From the NCBI GenBank assembly GCA_001600695.1, contig BCKQ01000023.1:123417-166137 (forward strand): a DNA stretch of 42,721 nt, read 5' to 3'. This document shows positions 8,986-20,823 of the stretch, piece by piece (within the stretch, counting starts at the first letter, position 1; each line of letters starts with the position of its first letter). This DNA is from Ascoidea asiatica JCM 7603 (Eukaryota > Fungi > Ascomycota). The translations under genes were made by a program, and so were the position numbers. Under the pieces are notes generated by a model, which ran no database searches, was not told where the DNA came from, and saw only the letters and a program-made list of their open reading frames with translations.

Positions 8986-11055
8986 ATGAATAATGATAAT
9001 TTAAATGATAAGAAAGACGATGATAAGAAAGATATTGAAAAGGATATAATCCTCAGTATTATTCCTGATAAAATCGAAAATGAAATTGTAAAAAAAATTG
9101 TAAATGATAATCTAAATGATAGTTTAGATGATCTTCAAAATTCTATTCATCAAAATGATAATGATAATGAAAATATTAATGAAAATATAAATGAAATTGT
9201 AAATGATAATCTTTATAAAAAAAGATCAAATCCTGATCAAAATTCTGATCAAATTGATTTAAATTATTATTTAATGAGTTTAAATCAAATTGAATCTAAA
9301 ATAAAGAAACGTAAAATTAATAATAATAATAATAATAATAATAAAAATAGTATCAATAATAATGAAAATGATAATTTAAATAGCTCAAATCATTCTGGCA
9401 GTGAAAACAATGCAATTGATAATATAGATGCTAATAAAAATGATAATAAAAATGATAATAATAACGATAATAATGACAATAATGACAATTCTAATCATGA
9501 TAATAATGAGAAAATTCATAACTTTAATCAAAATGTTATTAAAGAACCTGAATTCGATCCAGAATTATCAAATTTGTCAAATTTAAATTCTTCTGCAACT
9601 TTACATAACCCAGATCATAATTCTATGGTAACTGCTGCTGTTAATGATGCAAAAAAATTATCTTCTGCATTAGACTTTTCAAATAATGATGATAATGATC
9701 CAAATGCTAATGATAATAACGACAATGGAGATGATCATATTGATAATGATAATGATAATCAGCATACTAATAATAATAATAATCAAGATAACATGAATTT
9801 ATCACTAGAAAATGATCCTCACTCTTTTGTTAATGCTCTAATATTATCTCAAACTACTGATCAAGTTCAAATTCAAAACCATATTGCAACTCATTTAGAT
9901 AATCAACTATCAAATCAATTATCAAATCAATTATCAAATCAATTACAAAATCAAATAACTAATGAAATTCAAAATCATTTAAAAACTGAAGCTGAACTTC
10001 AAATTGAAAATCAAATTGAAAATTTAGGTCAAAATCAAGACCAAAATGTAGATGAAAATCAAAATCAAAATCAAATCAAAAGTGAAATCAAAAATCAAAA
10101 TCAAAATGATATCAATAATCAAAATAATCAATTTTCAATGATTTCAAATGAACAAGAAGCTTTATTAGCTCAAGCTGTTTTAAATGCTGGTTCTTGGATT
10201 AAACAAGGAAATTCAGCTTCTTTATTTTCAAAAGAAGAAATTGGTGGTATAGATAAATTTATTATGGCTTATTGTAAAATAAATGATTTAACAAGAAATG
10301 ATATTTGTCAAAGAGTTTGGTCAAATGATAGAAAAAAAGATGATTTTTGGTTATCTTTACAAAAAGTTTTACCAAATAGATCAAGAACTTCAATTTATAA
10401 ACATGTTAGAAGACAATATCATATTTTTAAAGCAAGAGGTACTTGGACTCCTGATGAAGATAATCAATTATTAAAATTAGCTAATGAAAATGTTGGAAAA
10501 TGGAAATTTATTGGTCAAGAAATGAATAGAATGCCAGAAGATTGTAGAGATAGATGGAGAAATTATATTAAATGTGGTCCTAATAGAAAACAAAATGTTT
10601 GGTCTAAAGATGAAGAAAATCAATTGAAACAAATAATTACTGATATTTTCAATAGTAATGAAGAAAATCCAATAATAAATTGGACAATAGTTTCTGAAAA
10701 AATGGGTGGTACAAGATCAAGAATTCAATGTCGTTATAAATGGACTAAACTATTAAAAAGACAATCTGTTGAAAAAGTTAAACAAATTTCAGTAGTTGAT
10801 AAAATCTGGTTACTTTCAAGATTAAAAGAATTAGGTTTTACTGAAGATAAACAAATTGATTGGGATGCATTAGCTTCATTACATCCAAGAAGTTATTGGA
10901 CTGGAACTGATTTTAAAATTTGTTATGAAAAATTAAGAATTCCCGTAAAAGATCATAAAAGAAAAAGAGTTGATGAAATTTGTTCTGATTTATTAGAAAA
11001 ATTATATAAAGAAGAAAGAGATCAATTAATTAATAATGAGACAGTTGAGATTTAA
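8986..11055 (+). CDS. REB1: Reb1/Nsi1-family Myb-domain DNA-binding protein
   Basis: RVWSNDRKKDDFW...LPNRSRTSIYKHVRRQYHIFKARGTWT, IGQEMNRMPEDCRDRWRNYIKCG, INWTIVSEKMGGTRSRIQCRYKW; long Asn/Asp/Gln-rich N-terminus. Confidence 0.92.
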   Translation: MNNDNLNDKKDDDKKDIEKDIILSIIPDKIENEIVKKIVNDNLNDSLDDLQNSIHQNDNDNENINENINEIVNDNLYKKRSNPDQNSDQIDLNYYLMSLNQIESKIKKRKINNNNNNNNKNSINNNENDNLNSSNHSGSENNAIDNIDANKNDNKNDNNNDNNDNNDNSNHDNNEKIHNFNQNVIKEPEFDPELSNLSNLNSSATLHNPDHNSMVTAAVNDAKKLSSALDFSNNDDNDPNANDNNDNGDDHIDNDNDNQHTNNNNNQDNMNLSLENDPHSFVNALILSQTTDQVQIQNHIATHLDNQLSNQLSNQLSNQLQNQITNEIQNHLKTEAELQIENQIENLGQNQDQNVDENQNQNQIKSEIKNQNQNDINNQNNQFSMISNEQEALLAQAVLNAGSWIKQGNSASLFSKEEIGGIDKFIMAYCKINDLTRNDICQRVWSNDRKKDDFWLSLQKVLPNRSRTSIYKHVRRQYHIFKARGTWTPDEDNQLLKLANENVGKWKFIGQEMNRMPEDCRDRWRNYIKCGPNRKQNVWSKDEENQLKQIITDIFNSNEENPIINWTIVSEKMGGTRSRIQCRYKWTKLLKRQSVEKVKQISVVDKIWLLSRLKELGFTEDKQIDWDALASLHPRSYWTGTDFKICYEKLRIPVKDHKRKRVDEICSDLLEKLYKEERDQLINNETVEI

Positions 11056-11158
11056 AATCATTCAATAATAATCAAACATTTTAATAATACATATATATTA
11101 AATATTAAATATTAAATACAAATATTAAGCCTGAAAAATAAACTAATTAATTCATTGA

Positions 11159-11743
11159 TTAGTCTGATGTAAACCATTTTTTAGCATCTTTATGACTTTC
11201 AGAAACAGATTTATAAATTTTTTTCTCAATTTCATCAAGACCATATAAAAATTCATAAACAGAATCATTATTTAAACTGTTTCCTTTCATTGTTGTAGCA
11301 AAATCATTAATAATTATACTTCTTTCTTTTAACATATTTTGAACTATTTGAATTAAATCTTCATCACCTAATTTTTCAGTTAATTTATAATAATTTGAAC
11401 AAATTGAATGTAAATCACAATTAACAGGATTAGTTTTTATTGCATTAATTACTTTTAAACTAAAACATTCAGGTTGAATTAATTCAACAAAAGTTTTTTG
11501 ATCTTCTAAATCTTCATCATCATTATTATTATTATCATTATCATCATTTGAAACTGCAACTGTAGCTAATATTTCAGCTAACCATAAAGGTAAATCTAAT
11601 TTTGAATTTTTTTCAATTGAAGAATCTTCATTATCTTCTTTATTTTCCAAAAATCCTAAACCAGGAACAGTTATTGAAAATTTACAAGGTATTTTTTCAC
11701 CATCTGCAATAATATCATCTATATCATAATAATTGCTACTCAT
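11159..11743 (-). CDS. PSF3: GINS complex subunit Psf3
   Basis: YYDIDDIIADGEKIPCKFSITVPGLGFLE, KLDLPLWLAEILA, KVINAIKTNP..DLHS, FLYGLDEIEKKIYK. Confidence 0.95.
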   Translation of the reverse strand: MSSNYYDIDDIIADGEKIPCKFSITVPGLGFLENKEDNEDSSIEKNSKLDLPLWLAEILATVAVSNDDNDNNNNDDEDLEDQKTFVELIQPECFSLKVINAIKTNPVNCDLHSICSNYYKLTEKLGDEDLIQIVQNMLKERSIIINDFATTMKGNSLNNDSVYEFLYGLDEIEKKIYKSVSESHKDAKKWFTSD

Positions 11744-11922
11744 TCTCTATCATTCTATATCATTATTTGATAATAAGTATTAAGTATTAAGTATGTTGAT
11801 GAAAATAAACTAAATTAAATAGATTATTCAAACACGTAAAATATTTTATATTTAAAGCAAAAACTAAAATGCTTACTAAATCGGTACTATTTTCTTAACG
11901 GAGTTTTCCAGTAAAAGCAAAG

Positions 11923-11928
11923 ACGCGT
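11923..11928. promoter_or_regulatory. MCB (MBF) element ACGCGT upstream of PSF3
   Basis: ACGCGT ~180 bp upstream of a DNA replication gene, in an otherwise very AT-rich promoter. Confidence 0.6.
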
Positions 11929-12260
11929 AACGAAAGTAAATATAAAAAAAAAAAAAATTAAAAAATAAAAGGTATCGGAGAAAGCACAACTAAGTTTTAT
12001 GAAACTAAGATACCAATATTATTGAAACTATTTTTACGAAATATTGATGAATGGGTTGAATTATTATAAAAGACTTTGATAAAAATTTAAATTAAAGTAC
12101 AGGATTAAATAAATCTTGGTTTTAGGGTGCTAAACAAAAATATATAAGAATGCAAGTTTAAAAAAAGGAAAGAAGAAGAAAAAGAAAAAGAAAAGTATTA
12201 AATGACAAATTGAATTGATGAGATAAAAAAGTTTGTTTTAATTCGATTGAAGGTATTAGT

Positions 12261-13124
12261 TTAAGCAGATTCTAAATCTCTTGTGGAATGTCTTTGAGGC
12301 ATCATAATAACTTTAGGTCTCCAGTATGAATTATCTTTATTAGCTTGCTTGGTATATGCAATGAATAAAGCTAAGATTGAGGCAATAATACCAAATATAC
12401 CACCAGCTCTTGCAGTTGAAGGAGATTGAGCAAATTTAGAAGCTCCATTCAATGAAAATGTTACAACAACAATCCAAAGTAATGTACAGAAATAAATATC
12501 TTCTTTCAAAGCTAGCAATGCCATCATTAATGTATATATGGCAAATACTAAGTTAAAGAAACCCATGGCATTACAAAAATCTTTTGAATCAGAACCACCA
12601 TAGGCATCAATAACACCAAAAGACTCGGTATGAATCACACCCCAAGCCATCCAAAAACCTCCATAAGATGCAAAAGTATTACAAGCTACACCATCACCGA
12701 CTATGAAACAAAGAATACCTGCAACAAATTGAATGAAACCACCATAGAAAAAAGCAAGACCAATTACAATACTTTCTTCAGTTAATCCTAAAGCTCTTGC
12801 ATTACATAAGGAGAATAAAAAGGTGGTTAGGGCAAAAGAACATAATCCCAATGGAGCTGGATCACCAAATTGCCATTTGTTATTGTTATTGTTAATATTG
12901 TTATTAGTATCAATAGGAGTTTGAATTTGTTCTTGGTCTTGAGATTGAGAATGAGATTGTGATTGAAATTTATTGTTGTTTTCAAGACATAAGGTTTTTA
13001 ATAAATCATTTTTATTTATTTTGTTATTACCAACATAGATGAAATTATCAGTATTATCTTCATTATCAGAATCGCTATCATAATTAGCATGTTTATCTTT
13101 TGAAATATATTGATTTGAAGACAT
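12261..13124 (-). CDS. GPR1/FUN34/YaaH (ATO/ADY2) family acetate/ammonia transporter, copy A
   Basis: FGDPAPLGLCSFALTTF (the family NPAPLGL motif with N->D), AFFYGGFIQF.AG, SYGGFW, six predicted TM segments. Confidence 0.93.
   Translation of the reverse strand: MSSNQYISKDKHANYDSDSDNEDNTDNFIYVGNNKINKNDLLKTLCLENNNKFQSQSHSQSQDQEQIQTPIDTNNNINNNNNKWQFGDPAPLGLCSFALTTFLFSLCNARALGLTEESIVIGLAFFYGGFIQFVAGILCFIVGDGVACNTFASYGGFWMAWGVIHTESFGVIDAYGGSDSKDFCNAMGFFNLVFAIYTLMMALLALKEDIYFCTLLWIVVVTFSLNGASKFAQSPSTARAGGIFGIIASILALFIAYTKQANKDNSYWRPKVIMMPQRHSTRDLESA
12287..12944 (-). repeat. Left arm of a ~660-bp near-perfect inverted repeat (partner at ~18828-19485)
   Basis: The two ATO proteins are identical from SQDQEQIQ to PQRHST. 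By eye the DNA is essentially identical, with one synonymous TCA/TCC difference noticed. Confidence 0.85.
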
Positions 13125-14636
13125 TTTTAAGTAATTGGTGTTTTTGAATTGATTATGTATATGATTAAAGTAATTGATTAATTTTTAATTATTATTAATA
13201 ATGATTAATAATGTTTAAAATAATATATTATAATTTTGATTGATATTAGTTGAATAAATTGTTCAACTTTTATATGATTTCATTATTATAATAATTATTA
13301 GTTAATGGTTATAATATTATGGTACAGTAGTGTAGTGGTATTATGGTAATAGTGATAAAATAGTTTTTATTGAATAAATTATCATTATCAATAAATAAGT
13401 AAGAAAGAGTGATTAGCCATCACATAATATTCCAACTTTATTTTAGCTTGATTGATAAAATTAAATTTTTCTCTTTCTTTTTCTTTTTTCAAATCAAAAC
13501 ATAAAATCATAAAAATGAAAAAAAATAAATTATCCAATGGATTTGAATAATTTACCGAACAAAAAACATAGGGATAACAAAAAAATAAATATTATTCACT
13601 ATCACTTTATAATTTCTATTAATTTTCTATTAATTTTCTTTGATTTTCTTTGACTTTCGTTTCAATTAAAGTTCATTCACTGATAAAGAGAATTAAAGCT
13701 ATGAATAATAATCCGTAAGAGTTTGTTTTAGTGCTGTTGTTTTTTGCTTTTTAGAATACTGAAAGAAAATCAGCATTAAAATTGGCCTTTACTAAGATTT
13801 ATTCGAATGAAAAACAGGCCAATATCGTATGAAAGAAGCAAAAATGGTTCAATTTTCAATCAGTCCATGCCAGAAAATAATACACAAAACACAAAACACA
13901 AAACACAAAACCGTGCCGGTCCGCAGAGATCAAATTCAAATTCAAATTCACACGCCAAACCAGGAAATAAAAAGGGCCCTCTCGGATGGCGTTGAGCATC
14001 AGAGGGCCCTGCATGGCTAACCTCAGGCTGAAATGGCCCTACATTGACAAAGTGCTGTCCCTGCGGCCTTGCACAGAACACCCTTTGAATAAAAATCACA
14101 CCCATGCATGGTGCCGTGGAGTGTGACAGACTCTTCTTTTGCGCGGCCACGAGCTGGAACTTTTGCGCAGCGGTGAGGATCGGTTAAGCTCGGTCGGTTT
14201 CTGTCTGCAAATCCGTTTAAAGCTAAGTTTTGTGGGATAAGAGCACATCCTGCATTCACCGATTATCATTTCTGGCTGCGTTCGATGGGTTCCATGGTTC
14301 TGGTTTCAGCCTGCTCCTCGGTGGTGTAATGGATAGGTCTATCTAGATGATATTTAAGATTGTAAAAGTATTTATTGCAGCTATATATTTGGAATTGCTT
14401 AATTCTTAGAATTAACATTAATTCTAATAATTAAGGGATTACTGATTTATATAAATTGGATAAATCCTACGAATTGATTGTTAATGACACCTAATGCGGA
14501 TTGAACAATTAGTGTTCATAACAGGTGGGATGTTCTGTGAGTGACTCAAAAACTATTGCAAGAGTCTCGCAGCTGATAAGAGTTTTGACATGTAAACGTT
14601 AGTCACTTTATTGAAGCCGGTATTACGCATGCTTCA

Positions 14637-14678
14637 ATAATAATAATAATAATAATAGTAATAATAATAATAATAATA

Positions 14679-14713
<35 letters not shown>
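14637..14713. repeat. (AAT)n microsatellite, interrupted
   Basis: About 25 AAT units with two AGT interruptions, intergenic. Confidence 0.9.
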
Positions 14714-14717
<4 letters not shown>

Positions 14718-15010
14718 TAACTTACAATAAACTCAGCAATAATAATACTTTTGATGGGACTTAATTATAATTGAGCTACTAATCACTTGATTATCCTATG
14801 TTTTTGCCTTCCACAGCCTTGCTTTTGATTTTTTCTTCAATTTATAATATTGAATTCAATTGAATCTTCCAGAAACAGTAGTGAAATTAGAAACATGCTA
14901 GTTTTGTAAATTTAAAACCAACTTCTGTTTTAAACAATGTAAATAATGTATCGTATCAAAATGTTATATAAAATCATCTCAAATAAAAAACAATAAACTA
15001 CAAAAAATAA

Positions 15011-15091
15011 CGACAACAGCAGGACTCGAACCTGCGCGGGTAAACCCAAAAGATTTCTAATCTTTCGCCTTAACCACTCGGCCATGTTGCC
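15011..15091 (-). tRNA. tRNA-Ser(AGA)
   Basis: GGCAACATGGCCGAGTGGTTAAGGCGAAAGATTAGAAATCTTTTGGGTTTACCCGCGCAGGTTCGAGTCCTGCTGTTGTCG; long variable arm; followed by a T-run terminator. Confidence 0.97.
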
Positions 15092-16029
15092 TTTTATACT
15101 TTTTTCACACCTCTTAATTAATGATATCCTCATTGTAAGTGTTAACTTCTGCTTTTTTCTATCGTTTTATTCTTAATACCAAATTAGGTCACGAGCTTTC
15201 TCTGAAACCAAAAGTTCGGGTTTTCTTTTTATGGTTCATTTCTTGATATCGATTAAATATATTTTTGTTGAGTAAATTCAATTTTAAAGATTAATTTCAA
15301 CAATGAGCCATTTTTCAATTGATTATATATTTGAAGATTAAAAATAAAAATTAAAGACTATAATTTTAAATCTTTTGTCGTGTGGATTGTTTGTTTCAAA
15401 ATGAGATATTTCTCAAAATTCAATTTAACTTTTACTCTTGCTTTACCATTTTGATATGCATTCCAATTTTGTCCACTTTTTTTTTTTTTTTTTTTTTTGC
15501 TTAATTTCTAATCTTTATAATCTTTCTAATCTAATAATAACACAAATTGATAAACAAATAAAAAGAAAATGACTAAATAATGATACGATATTGCAATTTT
15601 TTTGTTAATATATTTCTATATTTTTATTCTATTGAGACAATTTTGTATAAATACTTGTTAGAGTTATTAATTTACTTCACTACTTTACAGCAACTGTTGA
15701 AATGTGTCTCAAATTTTATTTGAAATATAAATTTACTCTTTCCTAAAAAAAAAAAAAAAAAAAAAAAGAAAAGAAAGAGAAGAAAAACAAAAAAGATTAC
15801 AAAATCTTAGGTTTATATATAATATAATAATAATAAAACACTACTTCTTATAAAGATTATTCGGTCGGTATTTCCTTTTTTTTTCTTAAAAATTCAATTG
15901 AATAAAATATTTCTAACTCGATTTTATCTCGTTATTTTATTTAACGATGAATCTCTTACTATACGGTATTTTATATACAGTATTTTATATACATTATTGT
16001 ATGTTTTATATACGAAAATATGATATCAT

Positions 16030-16073
16030 AAATACATTAGAAATACATTAGAAATACATTAGAAATACATTAG
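16030..16073. repeat. Tandem repeat (AAATACATTAG)x4
   Basis: Four exact 11-bp copies. Confidence 0.9.
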
Positions 16074-16624
16074 AAATTTATTTGAAAAAAAGTAAAAAAA
16101 ATGTTTAAAAACCGTTTTTTTTATAATGATTTAGTTGTTTTCTTAAAAGTAAAAAAAAGATAAGACAAATAAATAACGTCATCGAGACATAAAATATAGG
16201 TTAAATTTATGAAGAAATATAAACTCATCGCTCATCGCTCATCACTCATTTTTTATAAAAGATATGAATGATAAATGATAAATGGTAAATGGTAAATGGT
16301 AAATGGTAAATGATAAAAATAGTATTAACTTATTTTGGCAATTCTTAGCATATCTGTAATATTTTATATAATTAAATATTACATATCGAGTAAATATAAT
16401 ATATTTAAGTTAATTATTATTATTTTGATTAATTGAGAAAACAATTTATATAAAATATAGATAGAATATAAATAGAATATAAATAGAAGTGAATTCTCTA
16501 TTACTTTTTATTTAAAAATATCTTCTCAATCTTTTCATATTTCTCAATTTTATATTATCTTTATTTTCAATATATAATATATTTTCAATTAATCAATTAA
16601 TCAATTAGTTATTAAATCAGGAAA

Positions 16625-16813
16625 ATGACTCAATCTAATAGAAAAAGAGTACCAATGCGTTATGCTTTTGGATGTTGTAAATGTGGTAAAGTTGAAAGTG
16701 GTAGTACAACTTGTAGCAGATGTGGTAATTTAAAATGTAGAAGATGTAAAATTTTTGAAATTGAAAGTAGATTACCTGCAATTGATGGTTTTAAGTGGGT
16801 TAAAGATGAATAA
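16625..16813 (+). CDS. Small Cys-rich putative zinc-binding microprotein, family member 1 (62 aa)
   Basis: FGCCKC-x9-CSRC-GNLK-CRRC; aaaaATG context; host-like codon usage (TGT, AGA, GGT); same Cys spacing as three other ORFs in the window. Confidence 0.75.
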   Translation: MTQSNRKRVPMRYAFGCCKCGKVESGSTTCSRCGNLKCRRCKIFEIESRLPAIDGFKWVKDE

Positions 16814-18563
16814 TCGTTTCTCTTTTTTCAATCTAATATTATTTTAATTCTATTTCACATTATATTATATTACATTTATGTTTCATCATTCACTATAGAA
16901 ATATTATACTAAGATCTTTTTCTAAACTATCTAAATCATTGAATATAATTTCATTGTTTTTATATATACTTTATTACCTAATATATTATACTAAACCTTC
17001 TGTGACTACTTATAAGAACTTCTTAACTAATCTGATTATCTTGAAACAGAACATGAACTGAATTGCTTCTTCTTATTGATTCAATAATCTAATAATCCTT
17101 TATTTCAATTATCAATTGAAATTTTGTCATCAAATATCACAAAGAAGCTTTGTTTATTTTCTTACTTAAGCATCGGGACAGAGCCTCAACTGAGCAGCCA
17201 TGATTCATAAATACTCAGGACAATTGTCCCAATATGGAAATAAAAATAAAAAAAATAAAAACAAAAAATATGACACTGGATAGAATTGAACCGACAAAAA
17301 CCAGTCCGGATATCAGTTGTGACATTATCCGGTAGTTGAAAGTGCGATAAGAGCATACGCCACACGCATACGCACTGGCAAATATCTGAATCCTGGGCTG
17401 TTTGGATATGGGGTGCCGGTGAGTCAACGGAAACCTGGAAACCTGGAAACTGGAGCGTCTGGAGCTGCATAAGAGGATGGTCACACAGGGCTCTCTGAAG
17501 GGCCTCAAGAATTTCAAGAATTTCAAGAATCTCGAGTGCTCACTGTTCTTCTTCGCTCACCAAAGATTAGTAATATCAGTATTGAAACTAATGAAATCAC
17601 TCAGAGATATCACATCAGAATCTGGTATCAAAATCTGATGCCAATTCAGCCAGCTCAGCATGCTGGGCCCATGTGCTGTCTGAGGTCTTTCGGGACCCTG
17701 TCTGTCCCCTTTCTGAGCGTCTGCTGTCCCTGCGAACGGCTGGCTGCCACCTCTCCCCCACTCTGCCAAGCACCTAATTCCTGTTTCAGCTTCCATACTT
17801 AAGCAAAGCCACTCCATGGAACCTACACGGATTAGGAAACTAGCTCTTTTTCAAATCTGGAGAATATATTTCATGTTCTGTGTAAGGAAAAATGATATTG
17901 AAATATTTAATTTCAATGGAATTTATTTATAATATTCGTTCTATTTTCTTTATTATCTGTAATCTTAACTTAATTTCAAACTTCAATTCCAATATCAATT
18001 TCAATATGAATACTAAAATATTTTTTTTCTGAAGTTAGTTATTCTTGGAAATTTCTTTGTTGAAAAATAATAAACCGATTCAATCTAATGTTGATAATGG
18101 CTCATTATCAATAGATTCAAACAATTCACAAATCATCTCATAACTTTTTACAAATTAAAATTTCATTCAATTATTCTTATGAGTTACAAAAGGATAATTA
18201 AAAGATTATTATTATGTACTATTTAACTATTTGACTATTAAATTTTTTGGGTTATTGAAGTAATAGGCCATCACCGTATAATATAATAATAAAATTGATA
18301 AAAGTTATTATTCACTTTATCGGATATAGCTTTTATTCAAAAGTATGAGTATAATAATAATTGAATATTAATATAAAAAGATATAATTCGAACATGTTTG
18401 AAAAGCTTTTGTAATTTAATTCAATTTATCATTATATTTTAATTTTCATTATTATTTGATTCTTTTATGATTCATATTACATACATTATTATCATTAATT
18501 TTCATTATTATTAACAAATTTTAAGAAAAAAAAAAAAAAAAAACAATTATAATTTAAACAAAA

Positions 18564-19535
18564 ATGTCAAATTCAGAAATTAAATTAAATAAAAAAGATA
18601 ATTATAATTATAATCATGAATCAGATTCTGAAATTGAAGATCTGGAATCAAATGATAAAAATTATATTTATATTGGTAATACAAAAGTAAATAAAAATGA
18701 ATTATTAAAAACTTTATGTCTTGAAAAAAATTTATCTCATAATAAACAACCATTTCCAAATGAGTTAAAGAATTTAGATCAACTCAAAAAAAACTTACAA
18801 CTTTCTCAATCACAATCACAGTCTCATTCTCAAGACCAAGAACAAATTCAAACTCCTATTGATACTAATAACAATATTAACAATAACAATAACAAATGGC
18901 AATTTGGTGATCCAGCTCCATTGGGATTATGTTCTTTTGCCCTAACCACCTTTTTATTCTCCTTATGTAATGCAAGAGCTTTAGGATTAACTGAAGAAAG
19001 TATTGTAATTGGTCTTGCTTTTTTCTATGGTGGTTTCATTCAATTTGTTGCAGGTATTCTTTGTTTCATAGTCGGTGATGGTGTAGCTTGTAATACTTTT
19101 GCATCTTATGGAGGTTTTTGGATGGCTTGGGGTGTGATTCATACCGAGTCTTTTGGTGTTATTGATGCCTATGGTGGTTCTGATTCCAAAGATTTTTGTA
19201 ATGCCATGGGTTTCTTTAACTTAGTATTTGCCATATATACATTAATGATGGCATTGCTAGCTTTGAAAGAAGATATTTATTTCTGTACATTACTTTGGAT
19301 TGTTGTTGTAACATTTTCATTGAATGGAGCTTCTAAATTTGCTCAATCTCCTTCAACTGCAAGAGCTGGTGGTATATTTGGTATTATTGCCTCAATCTTA
19401 GCTTTATTCATTGCATATACCAAGCAAGCTAATAAAGATAATTCATACTGGAGACCTAAAGTTATTATGATGCCTCAAAGACATTCTACAGGAGATTTAG
19501 AATCAGGTAGTAAAGATGAAGAATCCTCAAACTAG
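18564..19535 (+). CDS. GPR1/FUN34/YaaH (ATO/ADY2) family acetate/ammonia transporter, copy B
   Basis: Same motifs as copy A, with a longer diverged N-terminus and a different C-terminal tail (GDLESGSKDEESSN). Confidence 0.93.
   Translation: MSNSEIKLNKKDNYNYNHESDSEIEDLESNDKNYIYIGNTKVNKNELLKTLCLEKNLSHNKQPFPNELKNLDQLKKNLQLSQSQSQSHSQDQEQIQTPIDTNNNINNNNNKWQFGDPAPLGLCSFALTTFLFSLCNARALGLTEESIVIGLAFFYGGFIQFVAGILCFIVGDGVACNTFASYGGFWMAWGVIHTESFGVIDAYGGSDSKDFCNAMGFFNLVFAIYTLMMALLALKEDIYFCTLLWIVVVTFSLNGASKFAQSPSTARAGGIFGIIASILALFIAYTKQANKDNSYWRPKVIMMPQRHSTGDLESGSKDEESSN
18828..19485 (+). repeat. Right arm of the ~660-bp inverted repeat (partner at ~12287-12944)
   Basis: Reverse complement of the copy-A core. 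Confidence 0.85.
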
Positions 19536-19840
19536 ATTTCTAATTGAAAACAAACTTTTTTACTTTATTCTAAATAAACTTATTCTTATTGAATTTATTA
19601 TATCTTTTATTAATATTTCTTTTTGCTTTTTTTTGGCTTTTCTTTTTAAATTTCTTTTTCCTTTTTTGACTTTAATCAACTGATAAATTTGTTTTTATTT
19701 CTTTATTGTACTCTATTATTCAATAAATTTTTTTATTCAAGTATTTTTAATAAAAAATTGTAGTCATATTCAAATGAATATTGAAGAATAAATAACATAA
19801 AAAAGTAAATGCATATAAATATAAAGAAAAATTAAAAAAA

Positions 19841-19958
19841 TGGCTGCAAAGAGGTTCGAACTCTTGCATCTCTCGATATCTGATTGCTCGCTTTTCTGTT
19901 AAGTGAAAGTTAACAAGTAACTTGAGTCAGACGCCTTAGACCACTCGGCCATACAGCC
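19841..19958 (-). tRNA. tRNA-Leu(CAA) with a 36-nt intron (~19885-19920)
   Basis: GGCTGTATGGCCGAGTGGTCTAAGGCGTCTGACTCAAG[intron]ATCAGATATCGAGAGATGCAAGAGTTCGAACCTCTTTGCAGCCA; the intron is at the canonical 37/38 position; T7 terminator. Confidence 0.95.
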
Positions 19959-20239
19959 TTTCTTTATTCAAAGACAAAGTGAAAGGCTACCAGAGAAATA
20001 GGTAAAATAATAGTAGTAAAATAATAGTCACGGGACTCATTTGGAACCAAAAATTGGGAACTTTTACATTTTTTGTGAGCTCGAGAAGAAATTACAAAGA
20101 TATTTATCTCTATTGACAAATGAGTTGAACTTTTATTACTTTTATTACTTTTATTACTTTCATTACGTTTATATAGCTTTTTACTTGAGGTTTGTATCTA
20201 GTTATAAATTACAAATTCTTATAAATTTATCCTCAATTC

Positions 20240-20380
20240 TTATGATTGATCCTGACGATAACACCAGCGACAAATATTATGAGTGCATTTCTGACACTTT
20301 TTGACATTTCTATTAGATTTAGCACATTTACAGCAAACCCATATACTTATACGAAAACTGATTAAGAAAAAGCAGGCCAT
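20240..20380 (-). CDS. Small Cys-rich putative zinc-binding microprotein, family member 2 (46 aa from ATG 20380)
   Basis: MACFFLISFRISIWVCCKC-AKSNRNVKK-CQKC-THNI-CRWC-YRQDQS, the C-terminal part of track ORF 20240..20509 (whose start is TTG). Exact family motif; the start context (ttgATG) is weaker than in the other members. Confidence 0.65.
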   Translation of the reverse strand: MACFFLISFRISIWVCCKCAKSNRNVKKCQKCTHNICRWCYRQDQS

Positions 20381-20766
20381 CAACTTTTTATTTCTATAGT
20401 TTTTATTATGTATTTTATTTCCTTTATCTTCTAAAATATAAATTGTTTTGGTTTTTTTTTTATAAAATGAAGAGGAAACTAGAAGTGTAATTCTCAGAAT
20501 ATCGTCCAAAGTTATCAGTTTTTATAGAGACTTTCATTGTGCTTGATGATTAATTTTGAAAGTAAATAGCTATTTCGTGGCCTCCAATAATTTGTACTTT
20601 TTTCTTAAAGATTTAAATTCACACACAAAGGAGAATACAAAGTGTTATAAATATAGAATCTGGATTTGGATCTGAAATTGAAAATAATTAAAAATAAACA
20701 TAAAATTGAAATGGTATTAAAAATATAAAAAAAAAAAAAGGAAATGAAGAAAATAAAGAAGTATTC

Positions 20767-20790
20767 TGCTATTTCTGTGGATCGAACACA

Positions 20791-20823
<33 letters not shown>

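Noticed and set aside
13807-14259. Overlapping short ORFs upstream of ATO copy A
   Set aside because: GC-rich UAS region with non-host codon usage and mutually overlapping frames.
14930-15133. 67-aa minus-strand ORF
   Set aside because: Overlaps the tRNA-Ser gene.
16224-16249. PAC-like CTCATCGC repeats upstream of microprotein 1
   Set aside because: Looks like a 7-bp slippage repeat of the kind common throughout this window; not seen upstream of the other members.
17186-17817. Four short ORFs upstream of ATO copy B
   Set aside because: Promoter GC island; no motif or codon-usage support.
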